Virus record (IMG/VR): IMGVR_UViG_3300025671_008697
DNA: 64,000 bases
Reading direction: 5' to 3' (one strand)
Source of the DNA: a virus
Lineage: Duplodnaviria; Caudoviricetes
The translations under genes and the position numbers were made by a program. The notes beneath the pieces are model-generated. The model was not told the DNA's origin. It saw only the letters and a program-made list of their open reading frames with translations, and searched no databases. Shown here piece by piece: positions 37,243 through 45,398 of the stretch (positions are counted from its first letter, which is position 1; each line of letters begins with the position of its first letter).

Positions 37243-38196
37243 ATGAATAAGAAAACTGTAAGCGCGAAGCAGATTACGCCTAAAGCCGCTGGCGCTACCC
37301 CAACTCCAATCCCAAAACTAACTAAACCTGTTATGCCAGTTCCAGGCAAACCACAAACTGCTGCACAATTTCAACAGCCAGGCCAAGGACAGCAATTTGA
37401 TTTTACTAAAGTTCATGTACACTTTGCTGTGCCCTGCTATGGCGGTGTTGTCAGTGAACCTACAATGACAAGTTTCATTAGATTTACACTTATGGCAAGT
37501 CGTGTTGGTTTAAACTGGAGTTTAGACACTATGGTCAATGAATCATTGGTTACAAGGGCACGTAATAATTTGTGTGCTAAAATGATGACCAACGAAAATG
37601 CGACTCATTTTATGTTTATCGACGCAGATATTAGATTTGAAGCAGAGGCTATCTTTGGCATGATTGCTGCTGACAAAGATGTAATCGGCGGATTGTATCC
37701 TAAAAAATCTTTGCCCATTGACTATGTAATTAACTTAAAAAATGGTGGCCGAATTGAGGGCCCTTGCTTCCAAGTTGATACACAAGGCACAGGATTCTTA
37801 CTGTTTAAGAAACATGTCTATAAGCAACTAATCGATGCACATCCTGAATGCAAATATGTAGACGATATTGGATTAGGTAAACAGTTTGAACCATGGATGT
37901 ACAGTATCTTTGATACCGTCATTGATGAAAAAGGACACTACTTGAGTGAGGATTGGACATTCTGCCGGCGTTGGCAGGCATTGGGTGGAGATATTTGGGC
38001 AGACAGTCGTGTGCTACTCAACCACATTGGACACTACGAGTTTAAAGGTGATCTATCAGCACTAGAGCGGAAAGGCCTAAAACGTGTTGACATTAACAGC
38101 CCTGAAGGTAAGGCTGCAATGGAAGCACAACAACGTGCGGCACAAGAAGCACTAGCCAAAGCACAAGAAGCACAGAGTGTCGGACAGCCAGCCTAA
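37243..38196 (+). CDS. GT-A-fold glycosyltransferase-like protein
   Basis: FAVPCYGG, ESLVTRARN, FMFIDADI, YLSEDWTFC. Confidence 0.75.
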   Translation: MNKKTVSAKQITPKAAGATPTPIPKLTKPVMPVPGKPQTAAQFQQPGQGQQFDFTKVHVHFAVPCYGGVVSEPTMTSFIRFTLMASRVGLNWSLDTMVNESLVTRARNNLCAKMMTNENATHFMFIDADIRFEAEAIFGMIAADKDVIGGLYPKKSLPIDYVINLKNGGRIEGPCFQVDTQGTGFLLFKKHVYKQLIDAHPECKYVDDIGLGKQFEPWMYSIFDTVIDEKGHYLSEDWTFCRRWQALGGDIWADSRVLLNHIGHYEFKGDLSALERKGLKRVDINSPEGKAAMEAQQRAAQEALAKAQEAQSVGQPA

Positions 38197-38623
38197 TTTA
38201 GAAACTATAGCATTTAAAATCGGATTAACCGGTACTTACTGGGACCGGAAACCAAAATGTAGTGTATTACTAAATGGTGAAAATAAATCTAATTTAGTTT
38301 GTGATGAAAATTTGCAATATGCCGAATTTACATGTGATTTGGCTGAAAGGCAAGAACATCTACTAGAAATAAAGTTAGAAAATAAAACTATTACTGACAC
38401 TATTGTAGAAAACAGCAAAATAGTCAAAGACATGCTGTTAAACATTAAAAGCATTGAAATTGACGAAATGGAATTAGGCGAAATTAAATGGAATCTCAGC
38501 GAGTTTGTGGCAGACGATCCAAATAGACCAACACTAAAAAATTGTGTAAACCTGGGCTGGAATGGTAGTTATCGACTAAAATTTACCAGCCCATTTTACC
38601 TTTGGCTCCTAGAAAACATGTAA
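38177..38623 (+). CDS. Hypothetical beta-rich protein
   Basis: C-terminal LGWNGSYRLKFTSPFYLWLLENM. Confidence 0.7.
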   Translation: MSDSQPNLETIAFKIGLTGTYWDRKPKCSVLLNGENKSNLVCDENLQYAEFTCDLAERQEHLLEIKLENKTITDTIVENSKIVKDMLLNIKSIEIDEMELGEIKWNLSEFVADDPNRPTLKNCVNLGWNGSYRLKFTSPFYLWLLENM

Positions 38624-38653
38624 CGCTAAATACTATATTAATCTTAGTATAGT

Positions 38654-41005
38654 ATGTATTCGTTTGAACTTTTTGAAGCACCTAAAAATATTGTAGTCTT
38701 ATATGCAGGGCGTTTCCAGCCCTTCCACAAAGGACACAGAGCAGTCTACGAATACCTTGTAAAAAAGTTCGGCCGTGATGCTGTCTACATTAGCACCAGC
38801 AACAAAACTGACAACGATAAAAGTCCTTTTACATTCAGCGACAAAGCATATTTTATGCAGATCCAAGGTATTCCTATGGATCGTGTCAGAGAAACAAATC
38901 AGCCCTATCAAAATCCCGAATTAGTAAAAACATTTGATCCTGAAAACACTGCACTGATTGTGGCAGTTAGCGACAAAGACAAGGATCGCTTTGGCAAGAT
39001 TGGATTTAAGAAAGACGGTAGTTTAAGTTTCTTCCAGGACATACCCAATGAACTTGGAGACATGGCTCCCATTAGCCAGCACGGTTATGTAATGACTGTG
39101 CCCACATTTGATTTCAATGTATATGGTAAACCTATGCGTAGTGCTACAGAAGTACGTGCTATGTATCGAGCAGCCAACGAGCAAGTACGTAAAGAAATAA
39201 TTAAGGATCTATTTGGCAAGTGGACAAAGGAAGCCGAACAGATCATGAATGCCAAACTACAAGAAGACATCATGCCAGCAAGTCAGGGCACTATCAGTCC
39301 TGTTCATGAAAGTTGGAGCAAAAAATACAAGAAAAGTATCGATTGCAGCAACCCCAAAGGCTTTAGTCAAAAGGCGCACTGTGCTGGACGCAAAGCAAGA
39401 CAAGGCGGTAAAAAGACAAAAAGTCAAAGTGTAAGTGAAAACTTAGAAGGACGCATGATTGATCTTACTAAAAACTTTCCTACTTACACAAGTTTAATCG
39501 GTAAAATTACAAAAGAAAATCCCACTAAAGTTACAATCGAAATCGTACAGGCAGATGGTCCAGGCAACGTAAAAGTTGGTGATGAACTACGCATTGCCAC
39601 AAACTATATTAAACGACTGCCTATTACAGAAAGTCATCATACAGACATTCCCGGCATGCTGGAAAAGTTTTTGCCAATTGCAATGAAAGAATTAGGCATT
39701 GCTAAACTACCCAGCATTAAGTTAACCAAGCACCTAAAGCCACACGGCACACAGGCCAGTTTTGGCATGTACAACCCAGACGATGGCAAAATTTATTTGG
39801 CCGTTGCTGATCGTCACCCCGTAGACATTTTACGAACATTGGCACACGAACTGGTACACTTTAGTCAAGACGGCAAACATGAGTTAGATGCAGACAGTGG
39901 TGAAACAGGCAGTGATGAAGAAAACGAAGCCAACTCAGTTGCCGGCGTCATTATGCGTCAGTTCAACAATGAGTTTCCTGATGCAATTAAGAGCGAACCA
40001 CTATTAGCAGAAAACTTATTAAACAAGGCAACACCAACTCCACAAGAAATTATGCAAAAGCATGGCATGACTGATCAAGAGTTTATGCAGCAACTACGTT
40101 TGGGTCGTGCAGTGGAAATGGAACACACAAACAATCCAAAGGTAGCAATTGAAATTGCCTTGGACCACATCAATGAACGCCCAGACTACTACACTATGTT
40201 AAAAAGTGTAGAACGTCCTATGGGCGAAAGTAAAAAAAAAGTAGTTAGCGCAAACTACGGCATTGGCAAAACGCCCGGTGCACTAGCACGAGTAGGACCC
40301 AAAGGTCAAGTACCCCGTGCTCGACTACACGTTAACGTTCCTAAGAAGACTGCTATAAAATTAGGTATACCTCACACACATCTTAAAGAAGCGTTCGACG
40401 CACCTTACCCAATGACTTGGGAACACGGTGACGATAACGAGTCACATGATGCACTGGTTAAACTACCAGACGGTACTAACCTAAGCATTATGTTCAGCAA
40501 GGAGTATGCCGAGCCTGACTACGTAGAAGAAGAATGGCAAGTAGAGTTTTATCGCAACCACAGTCAAGATGTCACAGGCGAAGGTGATGCACAGCGTATA
40601 TTTGCCACAGTATTGAGTGCTATCCAACAGTTTATTAAATTAGAAGAACCAAAGCGTATAAAATTTAGTGCCGCTAAACAAACAGGCGATATGACGCCAA
40701 ATGCCAGCAGAACAAGTTTATATAACAGACTTGTACAACGTTTTGCCAATAATTTAGGGTATGGCGTAAAAACTACAGACCATTCATTGAATACAGTGTA
40801 TGAATTAGAAAAATTGCAAGAAGGCATGGCGGAAAACTTTGCCGACGGTAAGGTAAAAGGCCGAAGTCGCCCAGGGCGTGTAAAAGCAGCAGGCGCAAGT
40901 TGTAAAGGATCAGTCACTGACTTACGTGCTCGAGCAAAAAAGTATAGTGGTGAACGTGGTAAAATGTATCACTGGTGTGCAAACATGAAAGCAGGGAAAA
41001 AATAA
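38654..41005 (+). CDS. Multi-module protein: HIGH nucleotidyltransferase + small Cys module + zincin-like HExxH domain + DUF5661-like + further modules
   Basis: GRFQPFHKGH; DCSNPKGFSQKAHC; RTLAHELVH; EMEHT...IALDHINERPDYY; terminal NFADG...HWCANMK; TAAATA at 38627-38632. Confidence 0.8.
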   Translation: MYSFELFEAPKNIVVLYAGRFQPFHKGHRAVYEYLVKKFGRDAVYISTSNKTDNDKSPFTFSDKAYFMQIQGIPMDRVRETNQPYQNPELVKTFDPENTALIVAVSDKDKDRFGKIGFKKDGSLSFFQDIPNELGDMAPISQHGYVMTVPTFDFNVYGKPMRSATEVRAMYRAANEQVRKEIIKDLFGKWTKEAEQIMNAKLQEDIMPASQGTISPVHESWSKKYKKSIDCSNPKGFSQKAHCAGRKARQGGKKTKSQSVSENLEGRMIDLTKNFPTYTSLIGKITKENPTKVTIEIVQADGPGNVKVGDELRIATNYIKRLPITESHHTDIPGMLEKFLPIAMKELGIAKLPSIKLTKHLKPHGTQASFGMYNPDDGKIYLAVADRHPVDILRTLAHELVHFSQDGKHELDADSGETGSDEENEANSVAGVIMRQFNNEFPDAIKSEPLLAENLLNKATPTPQEIMQKHGMTDQEFMQQLRLGRAVEMEHTNNPKVAIEIALDHINERPDYYTMLKSVERPMGESKKKVVSANYGIGKTPGALARVGPKGQVPRARLHVNVPKKTAIKLGIPHTHLKEAFDAPYPMTWEHGDDNESHDALVKLPDGTNLSIMFSKEYAEPDYVEEEWQVEFYRNHSQDVTGEGDAQRIFATVLSAIQQFIKLEEPKRIKFSAAKQTGDMTPNASRTSLYNRLVQRFANNLGYGVKTTDHSLNTVYELEKLQEGMAENFADGKVKGRSRPGRVKAAGASCKGSVTDLRARAKKYSGERGKMYHWCANMKAGKK

Positions 41006-41178
41006 TGGCAATAAGTGTATTAAAAACTTGGTGGGGAGTCACTAAAGGCTTCTTTACGGGCGGCCCAATAGGTGCAGTTATCGGCGGCAATGAAAGTGAG
41101 GCCGAGCAAGTAGCTGCCGATGAAATGCCATCCATTGAAGAATCTATTCGTAAAGACGAAGAAGATAAGGCAAACTAA
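40984..41178 (+). CDS. Small protein with glycine-zipper-like segment
   Basis: GFFTGGPIGAVIGG and acidic tail; likely ATG 40984. Confidence 0.55.
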   Translation, partial: HESREKIMAISVLKTWWGVTKGFFTGGPIGAVIGGNESEAEQVAADEMPSIEESIRKDEEDKAN

Positions 41179-41217
41179 AAAAGACATAACAGCCAACGAA
41201 GAAAAGGTAAATTTGTA

Positions 41218-41832
41218 ATGAAAAATCTATTATTAATTGTATTAGCATCAATTGCATTGTCAGGTTGTAGCACAACAAAAACTCAAGAGTCAGAACTTAC
41301 ACTGTGCAAAGGCAAGTTTGCCTTGTGTGCTGCCAGTACCTGTAAACCCACTGGTCGTACAATGACCACCAATAACGGTGTAACTTATCCTGAAATGGCC
41401 TGTACCTGTCCTGTGTTGGACGGCTACAGTATTGCCGATTTAACTGCTGGTGTTATGCAAGGTACTTGTGCAGTAGATGATCCCAGCACACAGGTTTGGA
41501 GTCTGTTTGCGCCACGCATATTTTACCCACAAGAAGCCAGTGACTTTGTACAAACACCCAAGTCTGCTACTAAAGCCACTGTGCAGAGTTGCCCAGGTGA
41601 ACTGGCACCAGAATCTGTAAATTGTTTTGGCATGATGTGTACCTATGACAAAGACCCTGTTAACGGCACACAAACTGCTACCTGCACCTGCCCTAGCAGA
41701 CAGATTGAAAAAGGCACAGAGTTCTTAATTGAGGCAGGACAAGGTGACCCCAGTTACTGCGCCCGGCACCCAGTAAGTGCTCCTGATCCATTTGCACAGG
41801 GCTATCCCGATGTGTGGTTAACGAGGAAGTAA
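41218..41832 (+). CDS. Cys-rich lipoprotein
   Basis: Lipobox ALSGC and about a dozen further Cys. Confidence 0.75.
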   Translation: MKNLLLIVLASIALSGCSTTKTQESELTLCKGKFALCAASTCKPTGRTMTTNNGVTYPEMACTCPVLDGYSIADLTAGVMQGTCAVDDPSTQVWSLFAPRIFYPQEASDFVQTPKSATKATVQSCPGELAPESVNCFGMMCTYDKDPVNGTQTATCTCPSRQIEKGTEFLIEAGQGDPSYCARHPVSAPDPFAQGYPDVWLTRK

Positions 41833-41833
41833 T

Positions 41834-42037
41834 GTGAAACTGTACGAACTGTTTGATACTGTATCCGAGCAACTGACCTACAAGGGTTATGCTTGCCGCA
41901 TCGACTGTTCGGGGCACATTGCAGGCTACGAGTGGGCACGACAGCACAATATTACAGATCCAGACGCATGTCCATATCGCCCCAGCCATCCCAGTTTTTA
42001 TGAAGGCTGCAGAAGTTACGCTGAAGGCAGAACATGA
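41834..42037 (+). CDS. Small Cys-containing protein
   Basis: MKLYELFD...CRIDCSGHIAGYEWA...SFYEGC. Confidence 0.7.
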   Translation: MKLYELFDTVSEQLTYKGYACRIDCSGHIAGYEWARQHNITDPDACPYRPSHPSFYEGCRSYAEGRT

Positions 42038-42312
42038 AGCAAATTGAAATTAAATTAGATGTTTACGGAGCATGGAAAGACGTTGCACCAGCATACAGAA
42101 TTTATATAGACGATGAGATGATATGTGAGCGTGGTTTTTATGCTATGGAATATGAATTCTGTCAGGAAAAAATATTAGTGGAATTACCTGCAGGAACAAG
42201 TCACCTAATTAAATTTGAACCTCTCCCCACAATTCGAGGAAACACTTTAAGTTATAAAAACCTTAGAATGAATGGAATAATGATAGAACCTGGGTTCACT
42301 GTTCCAAACTAA
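42034..42312 (+). CDS. Hypothetical protein
   Basis: ORF track; beta-rich. Confidence 0.65.
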   Translation: MKQIEIKLDVYGAWKDVAPAYRIYIDDEMICERGFYAMEYEFCQEKILVELPAGTSHLIKFEPLPTIRGNTLSYKNLRMNGIMIEPGFTVPN

Positions 42313-42336
42313 ATATAGCATAAGGACCTTTTTGAC

Positions 42337-42636
42337 ATGAAAACCCAAGAATTTTTAAAAGAAGACATTGTTACAGATGCCGCAGAAATGCATACCGATC
42401 ACGAAGTACAAATGGCACGCAGTCAGTGTTATCATGCTGCCGAAGATGCTATCGCACTACACAAACTACTACGTCATATTTCAGAAGCACAGGGCATTGA
42501 AGGCTGGGTCGCTGCAAAAATCACACTGGCAGCAGACTACTTGAACAAAGTTCGTGAGTATTTAGAATATGATTTAATGAGCGCACAAGAGCCTGGCGAA
42601 GAAATGCCTGTGGCAGAAGATGAAGACAAGCAATGA
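42337..42636 (+). CDS. Putative internal head protein
   Basis: MKTQEFLKE N-terminus; DHEVQMARSQ...WVAAKITLAADYL; TAAATA at 42310-42315. Confidence 0.7.
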   Translation: MKTQEFLKEDIVTDAAEMHTDHEVQMARSQCYHAAEDAIALHKLLRHISEAQGIEGWVAAKITLAADYLNKVREYLEYDLMSAQEPGEEMPVAEDEDKQ

Positions 42637-42851
42637 AAATTAGGGATATTATCAGTGAAGAAGCCAGTGCAGGCGCAACCGCAGCAGGCAACATTGCCAC
42701 TGTGAATAATCCTAACATTGCAAGACAGAAAATTAAAAGAGATCGTAACGGTATACCCAAAGCACCACAGGCACTAAACCCTAACGGCACTGCAAAAAAT
42801 GCCTTAGACATAGATGCAAACATTACTGGCGGCCCAATGTTTAAGAGATAA
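42633..42851 (+). CDS. Putative internal head protein
   Basis: MKIRDIISEEASAGATAAGNIA. Confidence 0.65.
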   Translation: MKIRDIISEEASAGATAAGNIATVNNPNIARQKIKRDRNGIPKAPQALNPNGTAKNALDIDANITGGPMFKR

Positions 42852-42853
42852 TA

Positions 42854-45397
42854 ATGGATATTAAGAAGTTTTTAGAAACAGTTGACAAGTTCGACTTTGC
42901 AGGTGAAAAACAAGGACAACAACCTGGCCAACAATGGCAGGGCACAGACAAAGGTCTGCCTGGTACTAAACTTGTGGGCGAAGAACTTGATTCCAATGTT
43001 GTTCTTATTCAAGATCCTAAAGGCCAATACTTAGACAAACTAGATATAAATGTGGCTGCAAAAAAATATAATTTTAATGCCAATGATATAAAACAACAGT
43101 TACAGCATCAAGACTTTACTCAAATTGGAAATATAAGAGTAATAAAGCCAATAGCAGCAGAAAATGTCATTAAAGAATTAGAAGACTATGTAAAAGAAAC
43201 TTCTACAGAGCGTAAACTTAAACGTGACTTTGATAACTTTGACAGTGAAGATTGGGCAGATTGGGACGCCAAAATTAAAAGACTGAAACAACTTGCCAAA
43301 CAAGGCGAACTGGTTACTGTATGGGACAAAGAGAAACGTGTTTATAAAAATGTTCCTAAAAGCGAAATAAAAGAATACCAAAATAGAATGGATCCTGATG
43401 CGCAGGTAACTAGCCCTCCCAGTCCAGATGCTAGTCAAACTGCTATAGATCAGATTAAAGATAAAATTTTTGCACGTGATGTAGAAGGTGAAACTGTTGA
43501 AGAACAAACGCCTACAACTACTCCCCCAGCACCTGGTGCTCAACAATTTAAATTTACACCGGACCAAGAAAAATGGTTAGGTGGTGCTAATCGTCAAGAT
43601 CCCGATATCCTAAAAAGAATGCCTGGGCCAAAACCCGGCGTAGATTATTTTAAAGGTCAAGACGATCAAGCAAGAGCAAAAACATTAAACATCGGTAGAC
43701 AAAACTTAAACACCGTTAAAGGTGTAGTTGGTGCACAAAAAGATGCTCCTGAAGTGTTTCCTACAAGGCCAGCGGCTGCACCTGCAGTGGCGGTGCCAAA
43801 ACCACAGGCTGCTGCACCTGCACCTACAAGACCTGTAGTAGTAGACGAACCTAGAAAGACTGCGTTAGATCCTAATGCATACAAAAAAGTACCACAACAA
43901 ACAATAAAAGTAGATGCACCAGCAGCAACAACTGCTCCAGCAGCTGCAGTACAACAAGCTGATAGGCCAGCAAGAACAACATGGCGGAGTTTGGCAAAAC
44001 TAAATCCACAAATTAAAAATCCAGATAGAATATATCCAGGTCAGGAAATTACATTACCCGATGGTTCTAAAGCAGTTGTCGACAAAGGTGATACACTAAG
44101 CGGTATTGCACAACGTTATAGACAAGGTGGCTATGCAGATAGTACACCAGTAAAAACAGCGCCTGCAACTGCTACTTCCACACCAGTTAAACCTCAGCCT
44201 GATCTAAAAGGAACTGAATTACCTAAAGTAAGCGGTAAGGCTGCTAGTCAACTACAAAAAGGTAGAGAATACCGTGCTCGCCAGGCAGCAAAACAAGATA
44301 ACACAAACCTAGGTGGCAATGCTGCTGACCCAGAAGCACAGGCTTTTGCAAAACCAGATACACCCAAAGCAGAACCAGGTGTAACTGCTACTGCAAATCT
44401 AGGTGTATCACAAGGCGGAATAGCTGCTGCTTTTGGTGATTTAAAGAAACGTGACGATGGCAATTGGTACTTTCCAGGCGGTGTAAAAGTAACTAATCCA
44501 AAAACTATTGCTGCGGCAAACAAGGCTGCGGTGCAAACTAGTACTAGACCAACTGCAATCGCAAGTAACAATGCACGACAAGAACCAACTAGATCAACCG
44601 CAAAGAATTTTAAACCAATGCCTAGTTACATTTTAAATCAGATACCAGGTGTTGAGAGTAACAACAATCCCAAGGCTGTAGGTGCAGCAGGAGAAACTGG
44701 TGCATGGCAAACTATAGCCGGCACTTTAAAAGACCCAGGTTACGGTGTTGAACCTGCACGAGATAACAGTCCTGAAGAGTTAGCAAGAGTGGGTAAAGAT
44801 TATGCTAATGCTATGTACAATAAGTACAGAGATCCTGAAAAAGCATTGGCTGCATATAATGCCGGACCTGGTGCAGTAGATAAAGCAATTCGTGCAGCAT
44901 CAATGAGACCTGGTTCAGATTGGAAAGATTTCATTCCAAAATCTACCAGAGAGCAATATTTGACAAAATACAACTTACAGCCGCCGACAAGATTAGCAGC
45001 AAAAGGCGGCGCTACTGTTGAATCGCTAATGTCAGACTATCGCAAGTTTGTTGCAGAATACGGCAATCAACAGGCGCCTGACCAACAGGCTACTAGCCAA
45101 GACAGTGCAGAAAGTGATGCAGAAGCAGAACTAAAACGTCAGCGCATGGACCGACGTGTCAGTCAAGCAACACTGGCTGGTTTAAGCGCAGTGCTACCTC
45201 CAGGCACAAACACCGCAGTGGCAGCAACTGCATTAAATAAAATTGTTGATCAGAAGCCACTGAGTCCACAGGAAAACCAAGTTATAGGCACACTGATGCC
45301 GTTGTTGGCTAGAGCAGCAGAAGAACCTAGTACTAGTAGCAGTCTAAAAACCGCATTGGGACGTGCAGGTATGTTAACAAAATTAGGAAAGCAGTGA
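42854..45397 (+). CDS. Modular protein with LysM and soluble lytic transglycosylase (SLT) domains
   Basis: SLAKLNPQIKNPDRIYPGQEITLP / VDKGDTLSGIA (LysM); VESNNNPKAVG..GAWQ...ALAAYNAGPG (SLT); Pro/Ala linkers. Confidence 0.8.
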   Translation: MDIKKFLETVDKFDFAGEKQGQQPGQQWQGTDKGLPGTKLVGEELDSNVVLIQDPKGQYLDKLDINVAAKKYNFNANDIKQQLQHQDFTQIGNIRVIKPIAAENVIKELEDYVKETSTERKLKRDFDNFDSEDWADWDAKIKRLKQLAKQGELVTVWDKEKRVYKNVPKSEIKEYQNRMDPDAQVTSPPSPDASQTAIDQIKDKIFARDVEGETVEEQTPTTTPPAPGAQQFKFTPDQEKWLGGANRQDPDILKRMPGPKPGVDYFKGQDDQARAKTLNIGRQNLNTVKGVVGAQKDAPEVFPTRPAAAPAVAVPKPQAAAPAPTRPVVVDEPRKTALDPNAYKKVPQQTIKVDAPAATTAPAAAVQQADRPARTTWRSLAKLNPQIKNPDRIYPGQEITLPDGSKAVVDKGDTLSGIAQRYRQGGYADSTPVKTAPATATSTPVKPQPDLKGTELPKVSGKAASQLQKGREYRARQAAKQDNTNLGGNAADPEAQAFAKPDTPKAEPGVTATANLGVSQGGIAAAFGDLKKRDDGNWYFPGGVKVTNPKTIAAANKAAVQTSTRPTAIASNNARQEPTRSTAKNFKPMPSYILNQIPGVESNNNPKAVGAAGETGAWQTIAGTLKDPGYGVEPARDNSPEELARVGKDYANAMYNKYRDPEKALAAYNAGPGAVDKAIRAASMRPGSDWKDFIPKSTREQYLTKYNLQPPTRLAAKGGATVESLMSDYRKFVAEYGNQQAPDQQATSQDSAESDAEAELKRQRMDRRVSQATLAGLSAVLPPGTNTAVAATALNKIVDQKPLSPQENQVIGTLMPLLARAAEEPSTSSSLKTALGRAGMLTKLGKQ

Positions 45398-45398
45398 T

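Noticed and set aside
40232-40240. A9 run as a programmed frameshift site
   Set aside because: The ORF stays in frame (SKKKVV) and no downstream stimulatory structure or alternative-frame product is evident.
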